From positions 64,892-128,891 of the forward strand of contig BDGG01000019.1 of assembly GCA_001949185.1 (NCBI GenBank): 64,000 bases of DNA, given 5' to 3'. Position numbers and translations under genes: made by a program. This document shows positions 27,540-40,828 of the stretch, piece after piece (position 1 is the stretch's first letter; each line of letters begins with the position of its first letter). The notes beneath the pieces were generated by a model. It saw only the letters and a program-made list of their open reading frames with translations, was not told where the DNA came from and ran no database searches. Origin of the DNA: Ramazzottius varieornatus. Lineage: Eukaryota > Animalia > Tardigrada.

Positions 27540-30500
27540 ATGACAGCTCAGCTTTTAGAAATGCACAATGCCACAGGCGACACGGCAGTAAGTGCCTCCT
27601 TGAACACTTTTGCGTGCCAATTACATCATTGGTTTCTTCATCTCATCTTCCAGATGCCTCTAATGGATCTGCTGTGCCGTCTGGCTGGGTTTGGCACCTC
27701 AGCTAGCGCACCACAATGGTCCAAGTTCTGCCATCCCCACGAGCTGGAAGTACTGGAACACCTGCTGGAGACTGGACGCGCCAGAGGAAGCTTGAAGGAA
27801 TACATCGCTAGAGGCGACGAACTAGGTGAGGCTAATCAAGCCCGATCAATCAACCTGTAGCGAACTATCCGAAGCCCTTACGGTTGTGGAGCTCTCGACG
27901 CGTGATGTAGTTCTTTTCGCTTCACAGGTAGGAAAGGACGGTGTATGGTAGCCTCCGCCGTCGTGGCTATCAAGGAAACAGTGAAGTCTTACGACGGCGC
28001 AGTCGTCCGTATGAGCGGAGAATCACAGAGTAAAACTCCACCGACTCTCCTTTCCATCTACGCGATCACTTCGCAGGTACGGTTTGATGCGCCTTCCGGA
28101 TTTCGCCCTTTAAAAAGAAAGCAGAAGTTCTCTGTCTCTCTTGCAGTACGAAGCAGGGCTCTTCTCCTGTTTGAAATATCTGAAATGGCTCTTAGACGAC
28201 GACAATCTGGGCAACTTGACCGTTGGTCGAATGATGGACGAGTGTCATCGTCGTCTTGAATCCTCCAACGGGGACGCTAAAAACGCCATGGAGAACCTGT
28301 TCTCTGGACTGTTCGAAGCCTACAAGCGTACGCTGATTCCATGGCTTGTCTACGGCTTCCTGGATTCCCGCAGTGACGACTTCTTCGTGAAAGAACCAGT
28401 CAGTATAAAATGTCCCTCGCCGCTCCTTGAATACTACAAATTACCGTACCGACCATTTTCCCTGTTCGACAGGATAACTGCAACATCTACTTTAGAGAAA
28501 TTGGCCATCATATCAGCAGCATGGCTAAAGCTCCGAGTCATATGTCTGCCGGCCTGGTGGAGAAGATTGCTCAATACGGATACATGCGGAAGTTCCTCGG
28601 CTGGCGGTCCAAAAATATTCTTCCTGATCCGGGCAGGTTCAATTCCAGTCGCAGTTTAGCTTCAATTTTTTCAAGCTAAGTTCTCTGTTTCTAGTGTTGG
28701 AGAATCAGGTCGTCGTTTGTGCTAATCGACTTCGGAATCTTCACTGGAAGAACTACCGGACAAACGCCCTCAGCGACATCGTCGACCTCTTCGGTGTACT
28801 ATATTCTCATGTAAGTTTCCTGTAGAAATCGTCTAGTTTGTTTTCGAATTTTTGTTGTACTGTATTCCCTCGATAGTTCTGCGAATTACGTGATCATGCC
28901 AGTAAATTACACCCGCACTGGTATCGCTGATTGTTTGATTGTCGCCCATCATTACACTTGACTGGGGAGCAGTCTTTGATTGAAGGCATAGATACTTTCT
29001 GTTTCCCGCCGGATGATATTTACCACGACAGTCACGTGATTCGCAGAATTTTCGAGGGAATACAGTAATAGTCCTCCTCACGACAGGCCGTAAAACTCCG
29101 TTGATTGTGTTGATCTTGAAAGTGGATTACGAAGTTTCGCTTTCAAGATGAGCTACTCGAGTAGCTCATCTTGAAAGCGAAAACGGATTATTCTCAGCAC
29201 CATTGACTCAAAACTTCAAATTTTCATTTGTCAGCTGATCTCTGTCTGCACAGTGCTTCACGTTGCGAGATACCGTTTCACGTATGGGCTTCTTGATACC
29301 TATTAGTGTCGGGGATATCGACAGACAGAGACTAGCCAGAGAGAAAACCATGAGTTTCAGCCTAAGTTAGTCAGGAGGCAAAGTTTGCCTACAAACCTAC
29401 CCCGCAAAACTCGCGGATTTCCGCGACTTTCGAAAAACGCAGTTTTGCCTCACTCACGACTAATTTCCGTTGATCAAGCAAACTCAAATTTTAAATCAAC
29501 CTTTTGTGACATAAACAGCTCGTCGTGAGGAGGACTAATATTAGGAGGTCAGCAAACAAACCCGACAAGATCGTTTTCCTAAGTGGCGCACGCTTACAGC
29601 GTTGTAAGTCAAGTGCATGCGCCACTTAGAAAGACGATCTTGGAGAGATCGTTTGCCGAACTTCCCTTATTATACGATTAAAATGTGGTTTTTCTTGCAG
29701 GCCTTGTACGCAGATATCTTCTTCAAGTTCAAGATTCGCGATATCCTCAGTATGTTCCAGCAAATGTACCTGATGGGTATTATGACCGTCTTTGATGAAT
29801 TTGTCGAACAAGCCGACGATATGCTCCGCGGACCGGTGACGCCACAGACTATCACTGGTTGCAAGCCTGTCACTTTCTTCTTCTTTCTAGTTTTGATACA
29901 GTGCTTTCTCGACAGATGTGAATTTGAAACTGGACAACGCGTTTGACTACACGGTCTTTCACCGTACTTTCGACCCAACTTTACTTCGACAAGACAACAG
30001 GTCTTCCACGGCGGAGAACCTCGTCGATAAGGGCTTCAGTTGCTTCTACTTCGATCTGAAAAGTATATGCTTTTAGTTCTTAGTCAAAGCAGTTTTGCAA
30101 TGTCTCGGATTTTTCGTAAAGACGAGAGTTGTGCTTGCAGGTTTCTCAGCTGTGGATAACTCTTCGCGCCTTCCCTCAACCGACTCTCAGTCAGCGTGGG
30201 ACCTTCTTCAGCTGGAATTTGCCGTCAAACATCCGCTCGATTGGTTCTTCCACAAACGCACTATGGACAAGTAGGTTCTTCATTGTCTTCTACTTTGGCT
30301 GGATGAGAACTTTTGGTTTCCTACTGATCTTTCAACAAAGTTTTCGGCGCTGATCAGAGAAAATATTAATAAGAAAAATTATTTTGACAATGAGAGTCTT
30401 ATGTTTTATACTCCCATTTTCCCCAAAGTTTGTCTGATCTTCCTTTCGTGGTCAATCGAAGTTGTGCATGGTTTCAGGTACAAGCAGATCTTTCGTTTTC

Positions 30501-31323
30501 TGTTACGTCTCCGACGTCTGACCAATGCCTTCGCCAGCGTTTGGCGACTTCTGCGCGAAGGACTCCAGTCAGGTCTGCTGGCCTCCGATGTTCATCTCGA
30601 ACTCTTCACCTGGCTTTTCAACTTCCAGCACGTCATGACCACCATCCAGTTCTACATTCAAGTCGACGTCATTCACGCAGCGTGGCGTAGATTGACGACC
30701 CAGATGGATGGGCTGGATGACTACATCCAGCTGATGGAAGCTCACGAGGCCTTCTTGACGCAGATTTCCGTCCATGCCATGATGGACAACGCCATGGTAT
30801 GACAAACCAGCTTGAACTATAGATTTTACTTGGGATACAATACAAACTTGATAAGATCGTTTTACAAAGTGGCACATGTTTTCAGTGTTGGTACTTGAAA
30901 CATGCGCCACTCGGTCAAGCGATTCTTACCGAATTTGTTTGCCGAGCTGTCACACTTACAGTCAACATCAAAGCGATGACCGTCGTTTCCTTTGCAGCTT
31001 CACAAATGTATTAGCGCTCTGACAAAAACCTCCTTGGAAGTCTGCGCTGATATCAGCCGGGAGATGCGCAAGGACGAACCGGAAGACGTCAATGTGGAAT
31101 CTGCTCGCATGAAGATTTTGGGAAGACTTAGTTCCATCAATCTAGCCTGCTTGTTATCTCCAATAGACGATAATGCAGTTTCTTACGTTTACAGGATTTG
31201 AAAAGCATGTTGAAGGTGTTCGTGAAGTCGCTGCACAGTGTGTCGGACCAGAACAACACAATGCTGGCGTACTTGGCGCTGAAGCTGGACTTCAGCGGGA
31301 ACTTATCGAATTTGCTTTCTTAG
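27540..31323 (+). CDS. TUBGCP4: Gamma-tubulin complex component, GCP4-like (divergent), multi-exon
   Basis: LMDLLCRLAGF...FCHPHELEVLEHL (cf. IHELLLALSG...LHPSETSVL); QMYLMG...FDEFVEQADDMLRGP; YKQIFRFLLRLRR; IQFYIQVDVIHAAWRRL...LMEAHEAFL; C-terminal LAYLALKLDF. Confidence 0.75.
28860..29065. mobile_element. TA-flanked palindromic MITE (pogo/Tigger-like ends) in a GCP4 intron
   Basis: TA|CTGTATTCCCTCGA...TTCTGCGAATTACGTGA ... TCACGTGATTCGCAGAATTTTCGAGGGAATACAG|TA. Confidence 0.8.
29071..29535. mobile_element. MITE family C copy 1 with an internal perfect 48-bp palindrome
   Basis: TA|GTCCTCCTCACGAC ... GTCGTGAGGAGGAC|TA. Homologous sequence at 45380-45562 and 46727-47638. Confidence 0.85.
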
Positions 31324-32160
31324 CTTTTTGAACTGCTGGTCTTTCCCGTGTCTTGTCATTACTCAGCACAACCTGTATCTCATAAACTTATTTCAATAGT
31401 TTCGAGTTTTATGTTCACTAACCGTTAACAATTCTTTCACAATGGGAAACATGAGAATTCTGATTAAATGTTGGTACATTCGGCGTCATTCCCATTTATC
31501 TATACCTCTGCACTGGCTTCACAACTTATAAGACTGATGATATCGAGCCTTTTTTAAGATTCCAAACCCAGGTTCCTCACTCTCGCATGTCCGAGTGAAG
31601 GCAGACTTGCTGGACGGCGTCGGAAAACAGAGATGCCATCCATTCGCTGTAATGTCATCCCGTAGACCTACTTACCGTTGTGACATACGGACACCGTGAC
31701 ATTCGACATGGCCAAATACTGCCAGCCGAAAACCACAACAAAGGCCGTTCCATATACCGGTAAATATTGCACGCCTCATTACACACGACGAGAAAAAATG
31801 CATTCCAGCAGATCCGTTTCGACTTTGTGCTCTTCCAACGGTCTCCGCATCCATCCTACATCTCTGTTACCGAGAGTTACACCGTTCAGCTGGCTTTCCG
31901 TTGAGGTGATGCGTGCAGAGTAAGACTGCGAGATCCGGTTTCGGTTTCAGACTTAGCTCAAGCATCATCGACCAAGACGCTCTCCCGTCGCTGCTACCGG
32001 AAAGGCCGCCTTCCTCGCCTTTACAATGGTCACCGTCGAAAATTCTAGGTATGCCAGGCTGCTTGCCTGTTTCATATCACTTTTCCCTGACTGCGGGGAA
32101 GATATGTATTTTTATCGATACATTTCATTTCGCTCCAACCGCTTCAACAGGTGTTCGTCG

Positions 32161-33865
32161 ATGTCGAGTGAACTGGGCCGTCTTTCTGCTCAGCGTTCAT
32201 CCCGTATGTCAGACACTCCACCACCTCACCCTGATCAAGAAGCTCCAGACTTTACGGAGGACAACGCGTTGCTGGCACAATATCCGGGAAACTACCGTGA
32301 GCTGATCACTAACGTGCAGCTCCAGGATGGTCTGGCCGAGGGCAAGATCCAGCAACTGGATGGCATCCAAAGCGTCTTTATCCGCCACATCCTCAAACGT
32401 CGGGACATCTTCTGTCAGTTACCTGCCAAGTCCGGCAAGACGGCCATCTTCGTGGTAGCCACCTTGCAGATGCTGAATTTGGAACCGGATGTGGCTAGCT
32501 TTCGCGCGCCCAGCGTCGTTGTCGTTGCTCCCACAAGAGAACTCGCTAGTAAGAATAGTCCCACTCGTTTCTCATGGAACTCGGTAAAATTACGTTGTCG
32601 TAGGCCAAATCGCTGACACGTACCAGTTGTATGGGAAACGGATGCCAAACTTGAGTGTGCGCCTGTTTATCGGGGGATTGAACAGAGCGAGTGAAGACGT
32701 GAAGGCCATGCGGAACTCCAAGCAGCGCCTTCACGTGGTGGTGGCCACTCCTGGACGCCTGAAGGAGCTCATTCGGGAAAGCTACGTTCATGTCAATTAT
32801 GTCAAACATATGATTTTCGATGAAGCCGACACAATTTTTGGCGATGAAGAGATGCGGGCGGATGCCCACTTCTGCTTCACCCGCACCGAACGCCAAAAGC
32901 AGACCATGATGTTTGGTGCGACTTTCTCCGGCCTAGCGCATGAAATCTGTGTCAAGTACCTGCGACTCGTACGTCCTGACTTTATCTCATTGGTCCCTGG
33001 GAGCTCGGAAAACGAACCGGAGCAGACTGATTTCTCAAGTGGCGCACTGTTTCAGCCAACTACACTGGAAGTGTGCGCCACTTGAGAAAGCAGTCTCAAC
33101 CTCAAAAGTTGGTTCTTACGCATTCCGTTTTCTAGCAGCCTTTCTCGTGGACTGGTCCTTCCATCGACAATCCACGACGTGGTGGTGTGATCAACCATCG
33201 TTTCTATCATGTGCACGAGAACTCCAAAATGGACTATCTGGAAGGGTTTCTCAATCTGGTCTTGGAGCGCGAACCCGAGCGGCAGGTGTAAGTCTAGTCT
33301 CAACTAGTTTAGCTTGACTTTGGTGATATTTCGACAGCGAACCTTGAATCTTACAGACTCATCTTCGTGGATACGCGGGAGCGATGTGACGTCCTATCAC
33401 ACTACCTGGAGGAGAAGAAGTTTGATGTTATTCAGGTGCAGGGCGGCCTTAGGCAGAATATTCGGTTCTACTGTTTTGGGCTGGCCAAAGAAAACAGAAA
33501 GAAGCTGATTGTTACGACCGATCTGTTTGCTAGAGGTGCGTAAAGTAGGCATTTTTGAATTGAAACTTCCAACGATGGATCACGATTCTGTATTGTCTTG
33601 TACTTTTTCAGGTGTGGACATTCCTCATGTCAGTGTCATCGTGAACTACGACTGTCCGAAAGGTTTCAGCGGGAATGTGGGTGGAGGTCGACACGATCCG
33701 GTCGAGGCTCGCCACACATACTACAACCGAACTAACAGGTGCGGTCGGGACATCGATCAAAGTCTCGTTCTGACGTTGGCTCGTGATGCCGGGGACATCA
33801 ACTTCCTGCGGACTGAGGTTGAGCAGAATTTGGGCTTCCAGGTGATCGAGCTGACCAAAGAATGA
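32161..33865 (+). CDS. Divergent UAP56/DDX39-like DEAD-box RNA helicase, about 5 exons
   Basis: DIFCQLPAKSGKTAIFVVATLQ, APTRELA|SQI...KRMPNLSVRLFIGG, VATPGRL, VKHMIFDEAD...EMRAD...QKQTMMFGATF, QV|LIFV, IVTTDLFARG|VDIPHVSVIVNYDCP, YYNRTNRCGR. The flanking residues track UAP56. Confidence 0.8.
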
Positions 33866-35166
33866 GCGCTTCGTGTTTAGGAAGAACCTTTTCGTCCTCT
33901 TTTGAACATACTGTAAAGAAAAACTGCTCTGCAATCTACGAACTTTTGTTTTGTCGTTTATGCATACTTTACACTATTATTTCAACAGCTGTGGTTCTCG
34001 TCGACATCTACCATCTTCATGTACAATTTCTTTTATTTGGACTTCAGAGTGTTTCTTGATGGCGAGTTGTTGTTGTATCTCGGAGATTTTTATTCTGTTT
34101 TTATTTAATAATGTTCGGCCGAACCCACTCTAATCAGAACACCCGTCTGCCTTGGGTGGTGCAACGCCCATCCGGACTGCGACGCTTCCGAGCTCCTGCC
34201 GAACAGTGTTGCATCCAAGCTTGAGCTTTCGTGGAATTACAGTAATGGAAAGGTCGAGGACTCAAGGTGTCGCCAAGAGAAGAAAGTACGTACGTTTCGG
34301 TCCAAGCAAGGGTCAGACAGACCGACAGTTCCTTGCTGCCGTATTCACTTGTGTACTGTTTCTATGGTGACACATGAATGTACATGTTGTGAACTATGAA
34401 CCCGAAGTGCGAGACCAAAACAATTCCAACCTGAGAGAGGACATCCGGAAGATGATAATAATTAGTTGGTACGGCGGAAGTGATTCCGAAGGAAACGAGG
34501 AAAGAATTCGAAATTTTCCGCCGGATGAGGGCGCCATCTGCAGCTGATATGACATTACATGATAATGATATGACATACGCTTACGCCGTGTTGTCATGCC
34601 AGCCTGCAGGCCCATGAGTACGATGGGTACGCGGTTACGGTATATCGAATCATACTGGAGTAACAAGACCTTACTGTATTTCTTGGTAGTTTTTTAGTTT
34701 TCTACGGAAGATCAAGAATCCCAGTCGTTCTCATCTCGTCTGCTGTTTTTACTCTTATCCAAGAAGAACGATCAAAATGTCCTCTTCGCTTCTCTCGGAA
34801 GGAATATTATGGCGGGAGACGTGCCCTTGCAGTCACAAATGAAGCCTTCTGGAGCACATCTTTCTGGAGCATTGGCTGATCGTCGCACTGTCGATCCCAC
34901 TGGTAAGTGTACATTCCCATCTTAACAATCAATTCTTCCATTCCACAGTGCGAAATAATCTTTAGAAAGCTGGCTCTTGAATGGGTTTTGTTGTGTATCA
35001 ACAGAGAGAAACCATTCGGCTACTTTAGTCATTCATGGAAAAAGTTTCTTGAAAATTAAACAAGTTTTCGGACGGTAGCTCGGGTCCATTGATTGGGATG
35101 ACGTCATTGATTGATTGGGCCAGTTATAGATCAAGACTGTCTCTCTTTTCAGAACGAATTAAATCC

Positions 35167-38100
35167 ATGTTGTTCTCCCCTCCGCTACCAACATCCGTTG
35201 GTAGCAAAAATAAGACGGAAAAGCATGTGCAGCCTGCGACAGCAAGCAACGATGACTTTGACCAGCTGTTGGCTAGTATCCATACTAAGATCTCGCAGGA
35301 CTTCGGAGCGACGACGACGTCGACGACCGCCAACGATCTACACGCTTCCCCTATGCGCCTCTCTCCTGTGGCACCAGCGTCTGCTTCCTCAGCTGTGTCG
35401 ATAGCCGTCAATGGCAGTACTCCCCCTAAAGAAATAATCATGACGAAGGCAGAGAGTAGGAAGTTAAAGAAGTTGCGGAGCAGTTTGAACGTTCAAGATT
35501 GCGAACTGTTGGAAGTGTTCAGCTCTGTGACTGCCCGATTAAGCTCACTAGAACTATCCGAAGCAGCTAAGAAGCCACCGGATCCATCTCCGAGTAAAAC
35601 TACGACTAAGCCGACGGGTAACGTTCTGGAAGCGGAGAGTGTGAAGATGCTGCCTTTCAAGAAGCGTGCCTATAAAGGCGATAAAGTTCCTTCTCCCAAA
35701 ACGACCGATGGAGGAACGAAAACTTCAGGAAGAATAGACGGTAGGTTTAGTAGAATCGTTAGTCATGTTTATTGTGAGCACATCACGGTTTACATCACCT
35801 TCGATGAGTGCGTATGAGTAATGAGCAACGCTAAAAGCTAGCGCATGACTTTCCGGGTTCAGTCGCGCAAATGACCAGCTTTTGATACAGAAGTATGCGC
35901 ATGTTGCGACGAGTGATAAGGCGTGGGTTACCGAGTCAAGTCGCGCATGCACCTGGCTTCACTTACCTACATGTGCGCCACTTGCGGGACAAGCTGCAGT
36001 GGGCTGGCGCAGGCTCATATTCAGTTATTTGATCGTTCTGTGTCGTCAAGTTCAACTTTTTCCTGTAGGAACGAAGGAGAAAAATGGACCAGCCAAGAGT
36101 CTATCAGTGACATCGCAAGGGACAGCAGCAGTAGATGGGACAGAAAAGCTTCCCACACTCAAGTTGAAAGTCAGCCGGACTGCTTCGGGTAAGGTCCAAA
36201 CAGCTCGGACATCCACTTCCACGCCTCTTGTTCTCGAGAAGACAGCTCAAAAGATGACAGAAATCCAGGTGGTCTTATCGAAGACTATCCACAAGCCACT
36301 TCAACCGAAAAAGATTCTTCCCCTTCTCATGCCTAAAGCCACACCAACGAACCAGCCTGGTGTGGTCCTCATCGCCCCGAAACCCGCTGCTGCACTAGCC
36401 TCTCTCCACTGCGCCACGGCGAAAGCCATACAGAAGCCTGTGGAGAAGCCGATGAGTCTTTCCGAGAGCCTTAACCTAATCATCTCCCCTCCCACCGGAA
36501 CTTCTTTGCCGGTTGACACGCCAGTCAAGAAGCGAGGAAGACCGAGGAAGCGTCCGGTTGAAGCTTCGACCGAACCTGCGAATGAAGCTTCTGTGGAACC
36601 TCCGGTGGCGAAGAAGGTGAAGCTGGTCGAGAGACCGCCGAAGACGATTAAAGAAGACGCCGTTGTAGAAGTCCCTGCAGTGTCTGAAGAAGACAGGAAA
36701 CAGATGGAAGAGTTGCAAGCCAAGTTTCGTTTGACGCGTAACATTTACAGTCCAAAGAGCTTAGGAGAGGAGATGCACAAAGACTACGATCTGAAGCGCT
36801 GTGACTGTAAACCGCCGGCAGCCGCCGACGCTGTTGGGTGTGGGTATGGCTGTTCCAGCCGAAGTAGCTACTTTGAGTGTGATCCCGAGGATTGCCCTTG
36901 CGGTAAGCGATGTACCAACAACGCCATCCAGAAGAAGAGATGGGCGGAGAACCTGGAGCTGTTCAAGACGGATAAGAAAGGCTTTGGTGTCCGATGCCTA
37001 AAGCCTATCCGACGAGGTACGTTTTTGTTACTGTAGAACGAAAGAAGACAGAGAAAGTTATAACCTCGGGAAGACCAAGCAAGTTAAAGGGAAAACGGTA
37101 AAGGGAAAGCGCGGTCAGGGCTGTGCCTGTTGGTCAGAGCTATGCCTTGGTGGTCAAGGCCGCGCCGCTAGCAGCCGACCGAAAATCTTCATCGTCCCTA
37201 TGTAGAATGTTCTGCAATGGTGTGTTTTGGGGTTGACCATTGTTGTTTTTTCCCGATTAGGCTCGTTGATATGTGAATACGTGGGGGAGGTGGTATCATG
37301 GGAGGTCTTTCGGGGAAGGAGTGAGAAGCAGTACAACAACAACCTCCATCATTACTGTCTAAAGCTGGACAGCACCAAAGTGATCGATGCCTACTCGCAA
37401 GGTGGCATCGCTCGTTTCATCAACCACTCGTGTGAACCCAACAGCCATACGCAGAACTGGGTGGTCAAAGGCCGGGACCGAATAGCCATCTTCGCCTCCA
37501 AAGACATCCCCGCGGGAGAAGAGATCACGTACGACTATAAGTTTGAAAGCTTCGACGTCCAGGTAATTAACTCTCCATAGATGAAATCTCGCAAAGTAAC
37601 TCGACAAGATGGTTTTTCCAAGCGGCACACGCTTTCCCAATCACCGGAAACGTGCGCCAGTTGGGAAAACAACCTTTTGAAGGTTGATTACTTTGCCAAG
37701 CGGCGCATCACTTCGGTGTTATTGGCTGGAAGTGTGCGCCACTTGAAAAACGAAATTGTCAGGCTCTCGGTTTAGTCATCTCGGAAGACTCACGGCTCAT
37801 TTACTTTCAGCAACCCTGCTTTTGTGGCTCGAAGAATTGCCGAGGCTTCACCGGTGTGCAGAAGAGCCAGAAGCTCAACGGTCTGCTGATGAAGAAGCGC
37901 ATGAGTTCCAGCAGTACTACCCCAACACTGAACACCGCCGTAACCAAGTCACCAGCAGTGACAACATCGCCGCTTCCTTCTTCATCGTCCAAAAAGGACC
38001 TCACTGTCTTCGTTCCTCCACTAAACGGATTGTCCAAGAAGTCCGCTGCAAAAGAAAGTCCGCCGGTCATAACCGTCGCCTCTCCTTCAAAGACGAAACC

Positions 38101-40828
38101 ACCGGTGTCCACCACTAACGGTTGGCTCTTTGCTGGTCCATCTACTCCGAAGGCTGTAGGGTTTCCTGCGAGGAAAGCATCTGAGACAAAAGTATTACTG
38201 ACTAACGGAGTTTCATCGCCAGCGACCACATCGGTACGATAATAATTTATTGAAGCACGGCGAACAAACGCGACAGGATCATTTTCAAAGGCGGCGCACG
38301 CTTTCAGCCAGCTACACCGGAAACGCGCGCCACTTGATAAAATCGTTTGATTTCGTCTGTCTGCCGAATTCCTAGTTCACAGTAGGCAGTGGAACTTTGC
38401 TTTCACGATTTCGTGTCATGTTGCAGAAGAAGGTTGCATCGAAAGATGCTCCTCCGGCCACTACACCTGCCACAGCAGTAGCTCCAGCGAGAACTCCAAC
38501 AATGGTACGCGTTGTGCCAAACAAAAGACGGGCAACTGACCCTGATGAAACTGGTAAAGCGAAAATGGTCAAGGCTTCGTCAGTGGAAGATGCTGCTGAG
38601 AAGGAGAAAAAGAGCGTAGTAGTTTTGACAGTGGGAACCGAGGCAGTGGTGACTGCTCCGGCTATTTCGGTCAAGAGCGCGCAGTCAACAAATCCTCAGG
38701 CTGGCACGAAGTCTCCTCTGCCCGAGCGAAGACCCAAGAAACTGAAGACCGAAACAAGTGGCGGAAAAAACGGTCCGTCCACTGTCCTCTCCAGCGTCGA
38801 GACAGCGTCGTCAGGAGAGACAGACTTGGCCATTGTAAGAAAAGAAAGGTTTTTCCTACCGCGCAACTTGAGAAAATTGGTGAAGGATGTGAAGAAACAG
38901 CGAACCAAGCGTCCGGTGAGACCTGGAAATATCTTGAAAGTTTAAAGACTGTTGATGAGTGTCTCTTGCTTTTCAGAAAGTGTCCATACTGTGCACACCG
39001 ATCGAGCTTCCTGCCCTAGCTTGTGAAGCTTTGAAGCGTGTTCGTGGGTCAAACAGGTTCGATCCATTGTTGACCAAGGCAAAGGAGGATAAGAGAGATA
39101 GTTCGCAGCAGTTGTACCCTCCTTCTTACTTCCGCCCTGCTCACTGGGAGCCTTCGGCCGAAGACATCATCAAGTACTATGTGGATGAAGTCATCCGCTG
39201 TAGCTGCGGCATCTACCTGGAAGACGGGCGCATGACCGAATGCGAACAGTGCAAGGTACTGTACTTCAACTTGAATCCGACATTCACCCGCATACACGAA
39301 CGTGGCGTGAGCAGTATGGCACGCTGTGTGCAGGTGGATGAAACCCGAAAGTGGGGACCCATCACGTACCTGCATACACCTGTGGTGTAATATTTGCACG
39401 GGACTTTGTATGCAGGCGTTTGCAAAGTGATCACAAGTTTTTCGTTTGATAGACATGGCAGCACAATGAATGTGTCGGAGTTCCACCTTCTCTGGACAAG
39501 CCATACAAGTGTCCGGGATGTCTCAACGTAAAGACTCCTTTGGAGATCCACCAGAACCTGCCTGCCGCACTCAACCTCGACAGTCTAGACTGCTACACTA
39601 CGCTGATGGCGCCCAACTGCCAGAACTTCCCGGTCCGTGTCGGCGACTGCGTGTACCTGACCAAGGATCGGTCACCTGTCAACCCTGACGCCTTGTACGA
39701 CCCACTCACTCTCGACATAGTGCGAGTGGACAAGATGTGGATTGAAGGAACGACGGGCAACAAGAAACTATACGGCAACCACTACCTGAGACCGCATGAA
39801 ACGTACCATGAAGCTTCCAGATCTTTCTACGAGAACGAACTGCTGAGAAGTCCGATTTTTGAGACTGTAGCGCTGGAAGCCGTTCTGGGAAGGTAAGAAA
39901 ACTGTTCTTCTCCTCTTTTGAACACCTGCAGACAGATAACTGGCTCCTACTATGGGGTACGTGTAAGCTGGTGCTTGCGGAAGCACGCTTTCATGTATTT
40001 ACATACAAGTGTGCACCATGATGATGTGGCTTATGGGTACTGCAGGTGCTTGCAAAGTAGGCGTAGGCTTGTTAACAGTCTCTTGACGTGCTGTGTGGTT
40101 TCAGGTGTTGCATTATGGACCCCATCTTGTACGCCACAGGCAAGCCCAAAGAATATCCCATCGAGCATTGTTTCATCTGCGAGTTGAAGACGAACAAGAA
40201 AGCCGCGTCGTTCGGCAAGATGAAAGCGCATGAAAAGTATGGATGACTTTACAACTCATTTATGCATTGTGTACTATTTTGTGGCTTTATAGACTACCAA
40301 TCAACGAAAAAGCGTACTATTTCGATTACTACCCGGAGAAGTTGACCATCAGAAGAACCCTGAAACCACACGGAGTACCCGTCACCAAGAAGAAACAAAA
40401 GGCGAACGCTGCTCGAAGGAAATCCGACCAGCCGAAAGCCATACTGGATGTTGTGGTAAGTTAAGTAGAGCTCGACAAGCAAATTCGACCAGATCGTTCT
40501 CCAGAGTGGCGCACGTTTTCATTTACCAACATTGAAGGAGTGCGCTACTTGGCTGCAAACAAAGAAACTAGGCAAGATTGTTTTCCCAACTGGCGTACCG
40601 GTCCAGCTTTTCTTACCGGGAATGTGCGCCACTGAGGAAAACATCTGATCGAGTTTGTTTGCTGAGCTCCGAAGTAATATTCGTAAACCGAATGATGAGT
40701 TTTTGATTTCACAGAGAGATAAGTGCGAAAGGATCCAGATAGTGATGGATCGACTCAGTGAGAAGGCAGCTGAAGCACAAGACAAGAGTCTAACTTCATC
40801 GTCGTCGTCGGCGCAGACGCCGACTTGA
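35167..40828 (+). CDS. ASH1L: ASH1-like histone H3K36 methyltransferase (AT-hook, AWS-SET-postSET, PHD, BAH); start codon tentative
   Basis: AT-hook KKRGRPRKRP; AWS CDC...CGYGCSSR...ECDPEDCPCGKRCTNN; SET ICEYVGEV...HHYCLKLD...IARFINHSCEPN...GEEITYDY; postSET CFCGSKNCRG; PHD VIRCSCGIYLEDGRMTECEQCK|TWQHNEC; BAH VRVGDCVY...GNHYLRPHETYHEASRSFYENEL. Confidence 0.9.
40468..40671. repeat. Intronic palindromic hairpin family (GTGGCGCAC/GTGCGCCAC), dimeric copy
   Basis: GAGCTCGACAAGCAAATTCGACCAGATCG...GTGGCGCAC...GTGCGCTAC...TGGCGTAC...GTGCGCCAC...GATCGAGTTTGTTTGCTGAGCTC. Confidence 0.8.
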
